A DNA stretch of 64,000 nt from Bdellovibrionales bacterium (GTDB taxonomy: Bacteria; Bdellovibrionota; Bdellovibrionia; Bdellovibrionales; UBA1609). The translations under genes were made by a program, and so were the position numbers. The first letter of the stretch is position 1, and the number at the start of each line of letters is the position of its first letter. The notes under the pieces are model-generated. The model was not told the DNA's origin. It did no database searches and was given only the letters and a program-made list of their open reading frames with translations. The stretch spans positions 1-64,000 of the forward strand of contig JBFWVI010000002.1 of NCBI GenBank assembly GCA_050246815.1, given 5' to 3'. Below, in pieces: positions 31,466 to 41,670 of this stretch.

Positions 31466-34018
31466 TTGAAGTCCAACGCGAGCGGAGGAATCTTTCTGGT
31501 CATTTCCCGACTCACAAAACGTGACAACTTTTCGCTGCTGATGGCCGGACTGGCATTTGCTTTTGCCATGATCAGTATGCTGGGTTGGATTTTTAACGCC
31601 CCTGCCATGCGCACACTGATTCCCGGCTATCCGCCGATGATTCCCATAACGGCAGGGTGTATCACACTTCTGGCAATGAATGTTGTGCTGGCCTGGCGAG
31701 AAGAAAAGGGGGCTCCAACTTTTGTTCGCACAACGAGCTTTTTTTTATCGGCTGTTTTGATTATTCTGTCCGTCTCAACGTTACTGTTTCATTTTTCAGT
31801 TTTGCCCACGGCGCCCCGTTTAAATTTTCTATTTGGCTTTAGTCATGCCTCCGATGGCATGCTGCTTAAGGGCATCATGTCGGTGCAGACTTCGCTGTGC
31901 GTCCTTCTTTTAACCGCCACAATATTACTGAATCAGTTACGAGATCGTCGAGCGCGAAATTGGCTGAATCAAACTTTGCCGTTTTTAACCCTAAGCCTGT
32001 GTCTTTTGGCTTGCTTGGGTTACATCCATCAAGTGGTGGCCTTTTACGGCACTTCGCAATTTGTCGGGATGTCGGTACCCACGGCAGCCAGCATGGCCGT
32101 ACTTGCTTTTGGGGTATTGGCCCTGCGCTACAATGAAGGCGTGGTGGGTTTTTTATTGGCGCCGGGTGCGGCTAGCCTTTTTTTGCGGCGCTTTATTGCT
32201 TTTAGTGTTTTAGGTCCGTTGATTATCACCACCATCATCGTTTATGGGCAGCGCGAGAATCTTTACCCGGCGCCGTTTTCGAATGCGCTTTTTGTGGTGT
32301 TGACGATTTTGATTCTTGTGGGGCTTAGCCTATTCACAGCCCATGCCATCCAAGCCTCAGAGAGCCGCAGTGTCGAACTTGAGAAAAGCAAAGCAAAGAC
32401 GGCACTTTTAGAAGCAGAAAGCAATTTGCAAGACACGGAACGACGACTGCAGTTGGCCTTGGATGCTTCCAATTTGGGGATGTGGGAGCTCGACTTGATC
32501 ACGGACCGAGCTTATTTGTCGTCCAGCACTGAAAAGCTGTTCGGCTATGAGCCGGGAACATTTCCTGGGACTCGCTTGGCCATAGAAAACCGCGTGCATC
32601 CGGAGGATTTGATCAACCTATTGGAAGTTCAGAATTCGGCGATCCTCAAGCGTACCGAGCTGATCGTAGATTTGCGTTGCATTTGGCCTTCAGACCAAAG
32701 CGCGCATTGGGTTCGTTGTCGTGGACGTGCCAAATACGACACTCAGGGAAATCCGTTGCGCTTGATCGGCACGGCCCTGGATGTTACTGCCGAAAAATCT
32801 TATCAAAAAACTTTGGAAGACGCCCTGCAGGCCGCTGAAAGCGCCAACCAACTGAAAAGCAATTTTTTGGCCAGCATGTCGCATGAAATACGTACGCCGC
32901 TAGGAGCCATTTTAGGTTTCACTGAACTTTTAATGGACGCAGAAATAACTCAAGACGAGCGCATCGAATTTTTGAATATCATCAGTCGCAGCGGCGAAAC
33001 GCTCTCGCAACTGATTAATGACATATTGGATTTATCGAAAGTCGAGGCCGGCCACTTAGAAATCGAGCATATTTCATTTCCCCTTCGCGATCTTGTGAAC
33101 GAGATTTTGAATTTGCTCGGCAAACACGCTCAAGAAAAGGCTATCGCGTTAAAAGTGTTTTTTGCGGATGATCTGCCCCACAAAATCAGCACGGACCCGA
33201 CGCGTTTGAAGCAAATCTTGCTCAATCTGGTCGGCAATGCGATCAAATTCACCCAGGCTGGCGAAGTCGCGGTGACGGTCGCGCCTGCTGAAAACGGGAT
33301 GGTCAACTTTGAAGTCGAGGACACCGGAATCGGTATAAGTGAAGAGCAACGCCAAAAGCTGTTTCAGCCCTTCACTCAAGCCGACGGGTCGGTGACACGA
33401 AAGTTTGGCGGCACGGGCTTAGGCTTGAATTTATCGAAACGCTTAGCGCGACTTTTAGACGGGGATATTGTTTTGAAAAAATCGCAACCGGGCCAAGGCA
33501 GTGTGTTTGTGGCCATGGTCCGCAATCATGCGGTGGACTCACCGATCCCGGTTTCGATGCGCGAAATACAATCACAAAAGCAAACGATCCGCGCCGCAGA
33601 ACAAGTGTTAAGAAACATGCGGGTTTTGGTGGTGGATGATTCATTGGACAATCAAAGTTTGTTGGGGACAATCTTATCACGCCATGGCGCCGAGGTGGGT
33701 TTTGCCAGCAATGGCTTCGAGGCCACTCAAAAAGCAGCCAGCGAACCATATGACGTCATCTTAATGGATATCCAGATGCCCGTGATGGACGGTTACACGG
33801 CGGCCACCGTGATTCGCGCGCAAAACTTTTCAAAACCGATTATTGCGATTACGGCGCATGCGATGGGCGATGTGCGTCGACGTTGCCAGCAGGCGGGATG
33901 CACGGATAGCCTGACCAAACCGATCATGCCCGCAACATTGGTTCAAACTTTGCGGCGTTTCACCCGCCACGCGCAGGACTCGGCAGGGGCTAGCCAAAAC
34001 GGTTCACCCACTCATTGA
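31466..34018 (+). CDS. Membrane-bound PAS hybrid histidine kinase/response regulator
   Basis: About 8 N-terminal TM segments, PAS (LGMWELDL...VHPED), [13 protein letters not shown], HATPase, REC. Start uncertain. Confidence 0.92.
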   Translation: MKSNASGGIFLVISRLTKRDNFSLLMAGLAFAFAMISMLGWIFNAPAMRTLIPGYPPMIPITAGCITLLAMNVVLAWREEKGAPTFVRTTSFFLSAVLIILSVSTLLFHFSVLPTAPRLNFLFGFSHASDGMLLKGIMSVQTSLCVLLLTATILLNQLRDRRARNWLNQTLPFLTLSLCLLACLGYIHQVVAFYGTSQFVGMSVPTAASMAVLAFGVLALRYNEGVVGFLLAPGAASLFLRRFIAFSVLGPLIITTIIVYGQRENLYPAPFSNALFVVLTILILVGLSLFTAHAIQASESRSVELEKSKAKTALLEAESNLQDTERRLQLALDASNLGMWELDLITDRAYLSSSTEKLFGYEPGTFPGTRLAIENRVHPEDLINLLEVQNSAILKRTELIVDLRCIWPSDQSAHWVRCRGRAKYDTQGNPLRLIGTALDVTAEKSYQKTLEDALQAAESANQLKSNFLASMSHEIRTPLGAILGFTELLMDAEITQDERIEFLNIISRSGETLSQLINDILDLSKVEAGHLEIEHISFPLRDLVNEILNLLGKHAQEKAIALKVFFADDLPHKISTDPTRLKQILLNLVGNAIKFTQAGEVAVTVAPAENGMVNFEVEDTGIGISEEQRQKLFQPFTQADGSVTRKFGGTGLGLNLSKRLARLLDGDIVLKKSQPGQGSVFVAMVRNHAVDSPIPVSMREIQSQKQTIRAAEQVLRNMRVLVVDDSLDNQSLLGTILSRHGAEVGFASNGFEATQKAASEPYDVILMDIQMPVMDGYTAATVIRAQNFSKPIIAITAHAMGDVRRRCQQAGCTDSLTKPIMPATLVQTLRRFTRHAQDSAGASQNGSPTH

Positions 34019-34541
34019 AAGATGAGAAATACTTTCTTATCAGCTCTTGCAGCTTTTCATCGGCGAAGCGGCCCTTGTCGTCAAAGGCTTTAGATCCATC
34101 GATTTTCAGATACATTTCTGGCGAGCTCATGGCGAACATATTCAAACCCGAAAGTACCTGGCGCAAATGGTGCTGAGCTCCGAATGTGCCGGTGGCGCCC
34201 GGAGAGGCTCCCATGACACCGACAGGTTTTTTTGCCCAGGCCGAAGTTCCGTAGGGGCGTGAACCCCAGTCCAAAGCGTTTTTCAGCACACCTGGCATCG
34301 AGCGGTTGTATTCGGGGGTGATAAGCAAGACGCCGGCAGACGAGGTGATTTCGTCTTTCATCTTACGAACGCTTTCAGGGGGGTCATTTTCGATGTCCTG
34401 GCTGAAAAAGGGCAGGCGTGAAATGTCGAAAGGGGTCAGTTCAAAATCATTCATGGGCAACTGTCGGATGGCCTGAAAAAGCTTTTGATTGAGCGAATTT
34501 TTGCTTATGCCGCCGACTAAAGTTAAAATTTTTCGTGCCAT
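33990..34541 (-). CDS. NADPH-dependent FMN reductase (ChrR-like)
   Basis: SKNSLN, TPEYNRSMPGVLKNALDWGSR, GASPG. Confidence 0.93.
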   Translation of the reverse strand: MARKILTLVGGISKNSLNQKLFQAIRQLPMNDFELTPFDISRLPFFSQDIENDPPESVRKMKDEITSSAGVLLITPEYNRSMPGVLKNALDWGSRPYGTSAWAKKPVGVMGASPGATGTFGAQHHLRQVLSGLNMFAMSSPEMYLKIDGSKAFDDKGRFADEKLQELIRKYFSSFNEWVNRFG

Positions 34542-34604
34542 AAAAGCCTCTGCGTAGGAGTTTATTTGACCTTTGCAGCACGAGCAGCTTAAAGCAAGTG
34601 TTCA

Positions 34605-35171
34605 ATGGAACACAAAATACATTTGAGTCATGTGGCGGTCCTGGTCCCATCCGTGCAAAAGGCTGCTGCGGTTTTGTCGCGCTTTGATTTTGAAATCGGG
34701 CCAGCAGAAGATTTTGAGGGCGAAGGAACTCGCGAAATTTATGTGTCTAGTCAGTCCTGCAATTCGTTGTTGCTTATGCAGCCCATTGCCGCCGGCTCTT
34801 ATCAAAGAGCCCTAACAAAGCGTGGCCCAGGTCTTCATCATTTTGCGGTCGATGTTTTGAACTTAGAAGAATACTTGGATTCTTTGTCGGGAAGCGGCTG
34901 GCTGTTGCATCCGCGCAGTTTGCACACCATGCGCCACAGTCGCACGGCCTACTTGGCCCGCCCCGGTTTCCCGGCCCTGGTTGAAGTGCAAGAAAAGAAA
35001 AATTGGCAGGACGGCTCACCTTTCGTGCAACAGGTGGTCGGCCCTTGGTCCGCGGAAGTTTTGAAATTGACGAGGTTCGTTGGCTTGGTCGAAGTTTTAA
35101 AGACCTATGAACAAGCGGTCATGTTGGTTCTGAACGGCCAAAGCGTTCATCTGCGGGAGCTTACGGATTGA
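34605..35171 (+). CDS. VOC/glyoxalase family protein (methylmalonyl-CoA epimerase-like)
   Basis: LSHVAVLV, LLLMQP, KRGPGLHHFAVDV. Confidence 0.85.
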   Translation: MEHKIHLSHVAVLVPSVQKAAAVLSRFDFEIGPAEDFEGEGTREIYVSSQSCNSLLLMQPIAAGSYQRALTKRGPGLHHFAVDVLNLEEYLDSLSGSGWLLHPRSLHTMRHSRTAYLARPGFPALVEVQEKKNWQDGSPFVQQVVGPWSAEVLKLTRFVGLVEVLKTYEQAVMLVLNGQSVHLRELTD

Positions 35172-36055
35172 AGACTAACGCACTAACGAACGTAGAAAAT
35201 GCTAAATTTTTCAAGAGCGCGACAGACTTTCGCAAGTGGTTACAAAAGAACCACGCCAAACAGCGCGACGTTTGGTTGCGTCTGAACAAAAAAAGTTCTG
35301 GCTCTGGCGGATTGACGATGCAACAGGCCGCCGAGCAGGCACTGTGTTTTGGTTGGACTTACGCGAATATGAAGGGTTTGGACCAGTGGAGCTATCTGAT
35401 GCGTTTCATGCGCCGAAAACCAGGCGGCATATGGTCCTACAACACTGTAAAGCACGCCAAAAAACTGCACACAAAGGGGCTTCTGCATAAGGCAGGTCTT
35501 GAGGCCTTGAATAAACGTAATAAAAAACGCTCGATGAAAAAGGAAATTATTTTCTCCAGCGCACAATTGAAACAATTCAAGGCCGACAAAAAAGCATGGG
35601 CATTCTTTAAAGGACAGACCCCAAGTTATCAGAAATACACCACTTGGTGGGTGACTAGCGCCGTCCGCCCAGAAACTCAAAAAAAGCGCCTGCACGAGCT
35701 GATTCGCGATTCGGCCGAAGGTACGAAGCTTAAACGCATTCTTGCCGCGATGGAAAAGACCAAAAAAGTTTATGAGCCCGGGTTCACTCCAATCGAAGAG
35801 GCCCGCAACATCGGGCCTGTGGTTGGCGCCGAGCTTCGTAGTATTGGCATCGACACCGTTGAAAAGTTACAGGCGAAAGGATGGGAAGAGACCTTTCACC
35901 AACTGTGTGAAGTCCATCCGCATCGGATCAACGCCAATATGGTGACCGGGTTGATTGGTGCGGTCGAAAACCAAGATTGGCGTAAGGTTGATGCCGGCAT
36001 GAAGGCCGAGGGTTTGGCTTTAGTGCGTGAAATGAAGCGAAGTTGGACAAGATGA
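35168..36055 (+). CDS. YdeI/OmdA-associated protein fused to a TfoX C-terminal domain
   Basis: FRKWLQKNH, ALCFGW (YdeI); AWAFF...SYQK..WWVTSA.RPET.KKR (OmdA); NIGPVVGAELRSIGIDTVEKL...LIGAVENQDW (TfoX_C). Confidence 0.8.
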   Translation: MKTNALTNVENAKFFKSATDFRKWLQKNHAKQRDVWLRLNKKSSGSGGLTMQQAAEQALCFGWTYANMKGLDQWSYLMRFMRRKPGGIWSYNTVKHAKKLHTKGLLHKAGLEALNKRNKKRSMKKEIIFSSAQLKQFKADKKAWAFFKGQTPSYQKYTTWWVTSAVRPETQKKRLHELIRDSAEGTKLKRILAAMEKTKKVYEPGFTPIEEARNIGPVVGAELRSIGIDTVEKLQAKGWEETFHQLCEVHPHRINANMVTGLIGAVENQDWRKVDAGMKAEGLALVREMKRSWTR

Positions 36056-36077
36056 ATTTACGCGAAAGGGAGCGACA

Positions 36078-36374
36078 ATGAAATTGTATATGGTCCATTG
36101 CGGTTTTTACGATGAAGCGATGGGCGAAGGACTTTACGAGAGTCACATGAATTTTTTTGTGGCTGCCGAAAGTTTTGAAGACGCACGCCTGAGGGTCAAG
36201 CAATTGCCGGCGTTCAAAGTCAGGCGCATGCATGTGGACGGCCTACAAGAGATCCAGGCGGTGAACGGATACAAGGTCAGTTTGCTGCAGGTCCCAGAAT
36301 TGGGCGAAGAGACCATTTTGCTGAACATGAAACATCGCGATCTGGCGCCGAAGCCGGCGCCAACCTCAGTTTAA
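36078..36374 (+). CDS. DUF1543 domain protein
   Basis: MKLYMVHCG, ESH.NFFVAAES, MHVDG...VNGYKV; GGGAG RBS. Confidence 0.85.
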   Translation: MKLYMVHCGFYDEAMGEGLYESHMNFFVAAESFEDARLRVKQLPAFKVRRMHVDGLQEIQAVNGYKVSLLQVPELGEETILLNMKHRDLAPKPAPTSV

Positions 36375-36377
36375 TTA

Positions 36378-37193
36378 TTACTGATAGTCGGTGTTGTTCA
36401 CCGTGATTTTACGGATGTTCCACTGATTGGCGGCCAAGTTGGTCGAGTCGCCCAGTACAAATGCAATCCCATTGTAGGGATCGCCGCAATAAGCGGGATC
36501 CAAGTTGCTTAAAGCCGCGCCGGTCTGACAGCCTGGGCCCACGGCGCGGCCGAGTCCGGGATCATCCACGGCACCATTGATGATGCAGGCGTCAGGAAAG
36601 CTGGCCACGAAGGTGCTCAGAGGCTGCCCGGGCGCGGCTCCGGGCAGACCGCCTGCGCCACCGACCGCCAGCCAATTGCTATCGGTGGCATTAATGGTGT
36701 AACCGACGTAGCCATCATCAAGAGCCGTTTGTGCGAATGTCTCCACCAAAATGATTTTGCGACGATTGCGAATATCGGCGATCAACAAAGAAGTGCCGGT
36801 GGTCAAATCTTCGTCCAACACACAGTCCAAATCGACCATCAAGTTTAAGTAGGGGGGATTCGAGCCTGTGATTGATTTGGCCTCGTAAATAATTCTTGAA
36901 AGCTGGGCGATCGGAAAGCGATGGTGATCATCAAAGCTTGCAATGGCTTTGTTACCAATGCCCGCACCTAAAAATTGTCCGATGGGATTGGCCCCTGTGG
37001 GGACTGTGGTCATCAGAATTCGGCCATCGATCACTTCCACCGAAGCCAAATTGACGGATTGGTCTTGAACATCCGCAAGTGTGGCCGTTTCAGCCGGGGT
37101 GTTTCCGCCACCGGCGCCAGTGCCACCTCCACCACCGCATGCGACTAAGAAGCCGACCGCTGAAATGAAACATAATTGTTGCAAGTGCCGCAT
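36378..37193 (-). CDS. Hypothetical lipoprotein
   Basis: LVAC lipobox followed by a Gly-rich linker; start at M11 with GAGGGG RBS. Confidence 0.7.
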   Translation of the reverse strand: MRHLQQLCFISAVGFLVACGGGGGTGAGGGNTPAETATLADVQDQSVNLASVEVIDGRILMTTVPTGANPIGQFLGAGIGNKAIASFDDHHRFPIAQLSRIIYEAKSITGSNPPYLNLMVDLDCVLDEDLTTGTSLLIADIRNRRKIILVETFAQTALDDGYVGYTINATDSNWLAVGGAGGLPGAAPGQPLSTFVASFPDACIINGAVDDPGLGRAVGPGCQTGAALSNLDPAYCGDPYNGIAFVLGDSTNLAANQWNIRKITVNNTDYQ

Positions 37194-37274
37194 CGTTCCC
37201 CCTCGGGTATTTTCGGTCTTCATATTATGTCAAAGCTCGTGGTCAGGGGCCAAAAAAAACGTGAGCTAATGAAA

Positions 37275-39527
37275 CTACACATTTAGATCGGCATAAAGGG
37301 AGCTTTTAAACGACTTCAGGCGCTGCAGGTCGCCGACGATCCAGACCAGATCATGAGCCAGCAGGTCCATCGACGAGTCTGGGTTCAAGATGCGTCGGCC
37401 CTTTCGTTCAATGCCGACGATCAGTCCGTTGACGGCTTCGCGCAGACCACATTCGCGAATGGATTTGTTGATAAATGGGGCGTTGGGCGGAAGAATCATC
37501 GAGCCCAGTCCGAAGGATTCTGCCAGTGGCGCGACCGTGGCGGAAACATTCACCTCCAGCGCGGGTTTAATCAAGGCCAACTGTTCGTCGGTGCCGATCA
37601 TGTACACGCGGTCATAGGGCATCAACATATCGGTGCGCACGGGTGCCAACACCCTTTTGTCGCCACGTTCGATCATGGCAATCGTAACGCCAAATTTTTC
37701 TTTAATGCCAATCTGATGCAGGCTGTGGCCGATCAAGGAAGAGTTGGGTGAAACTGTAAATTCGGCCAATGATGCATTCCAGGGGGCAAGTTCAGGTGTG
37801 GCATTTTTTTGTGCGAGCTCGTCGCGCTCTTTTTCGGTCAGATTCGCAATAAATTTTTTTTCGATGCTTTGATACAACGATTCTGAATAGCGGCTGAAAT
37901 AAACCCCCAAGATAGACAAGATCAAAAGAATCAGGGCGGCGAACGCCGACATCGAAGCAAATTGACCGATCACAAAAAGCAAGAGGGTCACGCCCACCAC
38001 CAGGCGTAAAACGGAAATTCCCAATTGCAATCGGCGCAGCAGCACCACGGTTTCGGGGCGATAGGCTGCCGTGTGAGCGGGCGGAGCCATGATCAGGGCC
38101 CATAAAAAGGGTCCCGATAAAATCAAGGTGAGGATGCAGGCAATGGTATTCAGGGCCGAATTTTCGACAAAACGATTTTCCAGCATTGGTAGCAGCAGGC
38201 GGCTGGCGCTTAAAGTAATGGCCACAATAACCACAGAATTCAAAACCATTTTTACGCCATATTCGCTCCAGATCAGACTTAAGACATTTTCGTCCGAACT
38301 TGTGGACATGGCCGATTCATATCGGGCCAAACGCACTTTGAAGGCTTCGGGCAAGCGGGCCTCAAGCCATTTGTAAAAGGGGTCGGCCAGTTTAATCATG
38401 TAGGGAGTGGTGAAGGTGGTCACGGCCGAAACCGCCACGGCGATAGGATACAAGAAGTCACTGGTGACCTTCAGGCTGACGCCCAGTGTGGCGATGATAA
38501 ACGAGAATTCACCGATTTGCGCCAAGCTCATGCCGGCTTGGGTGGAGTTTTTCAGACTGCGGCCCGACAGCACGCCGCCTAGGGCAACGCTAAACAATTT
38601 GCCTGCGATGGTGATCAGGGTGATTAGCAAAATGACCCAGAAATACTCCACCAGCACTTGGGGATTGAGCAGCATGCCGACGGAGACAAAAAACACGGCG
38701 GCGAACAAATCGCGAACGGGGACCATCAGATGTTCGATACGATGGCCCTCGCGGGTTTCCGCAAGCAACGAGCCCATCACAAAGGCGCCCAGGGCGGGTG
38801 AAAACCCAACTTTGGTTGCGATGATCACCATCAACAGGCAAAGCCCGATTGAGACCACCAGCATGGTCTCATCCGAGAGGTACTTGCGAATTTTTTCGAA
38901 GATAATGGGCAAGAGGTAAATGCCCATGACAAACCAAAGCACCATGAAAAAACCAAAGCGCAGGGAAGACAAGGCCAACTCGCCACCTGAGAGCGTTTGG
39001 GTTACGGCCATTGAAGAAAGCAAAACCAAAAGCAAGATGGCGGCCAAGTCCTCGACGATCAAGACGCCAAAGACCAGCGAGACGAAGTTGCGTCCTTTAA
39101 GTCCCAGCTCTTGAAAGGCACGCACGATAATGGTGGTTGAAGAAATCGAAAGTATGCCGCCCAAAAAGAGGCTGTCCATTTTAGACCAGCCCAGAACTTG
39201 GCCTGTTAAAAATCCCAGGCCCAGCATAAAGACAATCTCAGTAATGGCCGTGATCGAAGCGCTTTTGCCGACCTTGGCCAGCTTTTTAAAACTAAACTCT
39301 AAGCCTAAGCCAAACAGTAAAAAGATCACCCCGATTTCAGCCCAGACATTAACGCTTTTCGTGTCACTGACCGTGGGCAAAAGAGGTATATAGGGGCCTA
39401 CCAGCAGGCCGGCGATTAAATAGCCCAAAACGACAGGCTGTTTGAGTTTTTTGCAAAGCAAAGTCACCACGGCGGCGGTGATCAAGATTACGCCAAGGTC
39501 CTGAATCAGATCGGGCAGATGGATCAT
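37275..39527 (-). CDS. CPA2 cation:proton antiporter with two TrkA-C domains
   Basis: GLEFS, SSTTII, VEDL, FFVSVGM, QIGEFSFIIA; two C-terminal RCK-C repeats. Confidence 0.93.
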   Translation of the reverse strand: MIHLPDLIQDLGVILITAAVVTLLCKKLKQPVVLGYLIAGLLVGPYIPLLPTVSDTKSVNVWAEIGVIFLLFGLGLEFSFKKLAKVGKSASITAITEIVFMLGLGFLTGQVLGWSKMDSLFLGGILSISSTTIIVRAFQELGLKGRNFVSLVFGVLIVEDLAAILLLVLLSSMAVTQTLSGGELALSSLRFGFFMVLWFVMGIYLLPIIFEKIRKYLSDETMLVVSIGLCLLMVIIATKVGFSPALGAFVMGSLLAETREGHRIEHLMVPVRDLFAAVFFVSVGMLLNPQVLVEYFWVILLITLITIAGKLFSVALGGVLSGRSLKNSTQAGMSLAQIGEFSFIIATLGVSLKVTSDFLYPIAVAVSAVTTFTTPYMIKLADPFYKWLEARLPEAFKVRLARYESAMSTSSDENVLSLIWSEYGVKMVLNSVVIVAITLSASRLLLPMLENRFVENSALNTIACILTLILSGPFLWALIMAPPAHTAAYRPETVVLLRRLQLGISVLRLVVGVTLLLFVIGQFASMSAFAALILLILSILGVYFSRYSESLYQSIEKKFIANLTEKERDELAQKNATPELAPWNASLAEFTVSPNSSLIGHSLHQIGIKEKFGVTIAMIERGDKRVLAPVRTDMLMPYDRVYMIGTDEQLALIKPALEVNVSATVAPLAESFGLGSMILPPNAPFINKSIRECGLREAVNGLIVGIERKGRRILNPDSSMDLLAHDLVWIVGDLQRLKSFKSSLYADLNV

Positions 39528-39618
39528 TCATTTACACTGCCTAAGGACAATGCCGGTGGCAATTCGCGCTGCTTCTAACTTTTTAGATTTGGCAGCACCA
39601 TCGAAGGCAGAGTATGTG

Positions 39619-40287
39619 ATGTGCGTGAGTCAGAGATCCGCCATCAACAAAATCAACCGAAACGGAGTGCTGTTGGTCTTTCCGATCAATAACCGACCCG
39701 AGCCTCACTCCCTTTGGACCGAAATGCATCCACGTCTGCCGATGCGTTGGGAGTGGACCGACGACGGTGACGACAAGGTGGCTGCGATGTGGGGTTTGAT
39801 GAAGCGTTTGTCGGATTGCCGCGAAGTGGTTTATTCAAAATGGTATCAGGGGCGGGCCACCTTTTTCTCGCGATCTGTGTTCACGGCCATGCTGCATTTG
39901 ACTTGGCAGGTGGGGGATCCCTTGAGGGGGCTTTCACCGACAGCCGAAGAGATTCTGAGCGCGCTTGAAGGCGATTCGCCGCTTTCGACCAAAGAGCTGA
40001 AAAAAGTCACGGATTTACAGGGCCGATTAAATGAGCCCCAATACAGCCGTGCGATGAAAGAGCTGTTTTCACGTTTGCTGGTGGTGGCTTTTGGCGAGGT
40101 GGACGACGGCGCTTTCCCCTCGCTGGCCGTGGGGGCGACGAAAACTCTTTACGAAGATTTGTGGCAAGCAGCCAAAGCGATGCCGACGGCTGAGGCCCTG
40201 GCCATTTTGAATCAAGCTATGCCCGCAGGAAGTTTGGTGCAGAGGTATTTTGCCAAGACCTTGCTGCGACTGAAGGAACAAAAATGA
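39619..40287 (+). CDS. AlkZ/YcaQ-related winged-helix protein
   Basis: VVYSKWYQGRATFFS, then ILSALEGDSPLSTKELKK...RAMKELFSRLLVV winged helix; coupled to alkA. Start uncertain. Confidence 0.6.
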   Translation: MCVSQRSAINKINRNGVLLVFPINNRPEPHSLWTEMHPRLPMRWEWTDDGDDKVAAMWGLMKRLSDCREVVYSKWYQGRATFFSRSVFTAMLHLTWQVGDPLRGLSPTAEEILSALEGDSPLSTKELKKVTDLQGRLNEPQYSRAMKELFSRLLVVAFGEVDDGAFPSLAVGATKTLYEDLWQAAKAMPTAEALAILNQAMPAGSLVQRYFAKTLLRLKEQK

Positions 40288-40925
40288 TCTTAACCTGCGC
40301 CACAGCCGAAGAGTTTAAAAGTGCTCGGCGAAAGCTGATGAAGAGCGATGAAAAACTGAAAGCGTTGCTTAAAAAGCACCGTGGATTCAGTTTTAGCCCA
40401 AGATTAGAGCGCACACCGTTTGAATCCTTAGTGCGAGCCATCGCGCATCAGCAGTTGCATGGCAAGGCTGCCGAAACGATTTTGGGCCGAATGCTCGAGC
40501 TTTTTCCGAGCCAATCATTTCCCAGTGCTGAAGCTTTGATGAAAATTGAAGATGCGGCCTTGCGCGGCTGTGGCTATTCGGGCTCTAAAGTGAAGTCGAT
40601 TAAGGATATTGCCGCCAAAACTGTTTCGGGTCTGGTGCCTGGCAAAAAAGAAATTCTGACCCTGACCAATGATGAAATCATCGGGCGCCTGACCGAAATT
40701 TATGGCGTCGGCCGTTGGACGGTGGAAATGCTTTTGATTTTTCAACTGGGGCGCTTGGATGTTTGGCCGGTCGATGATTTTGGTGTGCGCCGCGGTTTTC
40801 AGCTGTGGCAAAAAAAACGTAAAATGCCCACGGCCAAGGATTTGCGCAAAGTTGGTGGCAAGTGGGCGCCTTATCAAACCGTGGTTGCTTTGTACCTATG
40901 GCAAGAGGCCAATCAAGCCAAATAA
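40284..40925 (+). CDS. alkA: DNA-3-methyladenine glycosylase II (AlkA family)
   Basis: FESLVRAIAHQQL, HhH motif LTEIYGVGRWTVEM, WPVDDFG, WAPY..V.ALYLW. Confidence 0.9.
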   Translation: MILTCATAEEFKSARRKLMKSDEKLKALLKKHRGFSFSPRLERTPFESLVRAIAHQQLHGKAAETILGRMLELFPSQSFPSAEALMKIEDAALRGCGYSGSKVKSIKDIAAKTVSGLVPGKKEILTLTNDEIIGRLTEIYGVGRWTVEMLLIFQLGRLDVWPVDDFGVRRGFQLWQKKRKMPTAKDLRKVGGKWAPYQTVVALYLWQEANQAK

Positions 40926-40954
40926 AAAAAGCCCGCATAAGAGGCGGGCTTTTT
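40924..40954. terminator. Bidirectional intrinsic terminator
   Basis: A7-GCCCGC-ATAAGAG-GCGGGC-T5 between convergent genes. Confidence 0.85.
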
Positions 40955-40977
40955 CACTGCTGTAGAAAATCCGTAAT

Positions 40978-41541
40978 TTATCGGATGTTGCAAAGGGGCA
41001 TGCGGGCGAGATCATTCGCACATGCACGGCGCTCTTCATCATCACCGCCGGCCGTGTAAACCGTCAAAGGAAAGCGTGCCAGCGTTGCAAAGCGGCGGTC
41101 CATCAGATCCAAGACCAAAGCCGGATCGCCGTCACTGCTGCAAGAGCACTGGGTGCGAAAGTTGTCGGGTACGGAAACGCGTTGGTTGACCACTTCAGCG
41201 CGGCACGCGCCACGCTCATCATCATCGCTGCCTTCGGTGAAGGTTTGCACAACATCGTCGCGGATTGTTTTGCCCAAGCTGTCGACTACGTAGCGGTGCA
41301 AACGAGGGTCGCCATCATTGTCACATGCCACAAAGGTGACAAGATTGTCGTCGGTATTGCCACCGCCACCGCTGCCGCTTTTTAGCCAATCCACTTCACG
41401 GGCCAAAACGGTATTGGCGCAGTAAGAGGCGCTGCGATCATCGCGGCTTTGTTGGTAACAGCGCTGCACTTCTTCTAAAGTGCCGGCTTGAGCAAGAGAG
41501 GCAAAGCCCAAAGAAAGGGCCAAAAGCGTGAATTTTTTCAT
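40978..41541 (-). CDS. Secreted Cys-rich protein with an internal duplication
   Basis: Signal peptide ending AQA; two C..DGDP.L...(F/Y)T.G.DD.ER.AC repeats. Start moved to M26. Confidence 0.75.
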   Translation of the reverse strand: MKKFTLLALSLGFASLAQAGTLEEVQRCYQQSRDDRSASYCANTVLAREVDWLKSGSGGGGNTDDNLVTFVACDNDGDPRLHRYVVDSLGKTIRDDVVQTFTEGSDDDERGACRAEVVNQRVSVPDNFRTQCSCSSDGDPALVLDLMDRRFATLARFPLTVYTAGGDDEERRACANDLARMPLCNIR

Positions 41542-41670
41542 ATGATTTCCCCCCGGAAATGCATGGTTTACAGTTCTTCCGGGAAGAAGTGTCCGTAGCT
41601 TTGAGCTGAGTAGCAAGAGGTCCGGTGAATTGGTAAAAATGTAAAAATCTTGTGTGCGGCGCAGCGCGAA

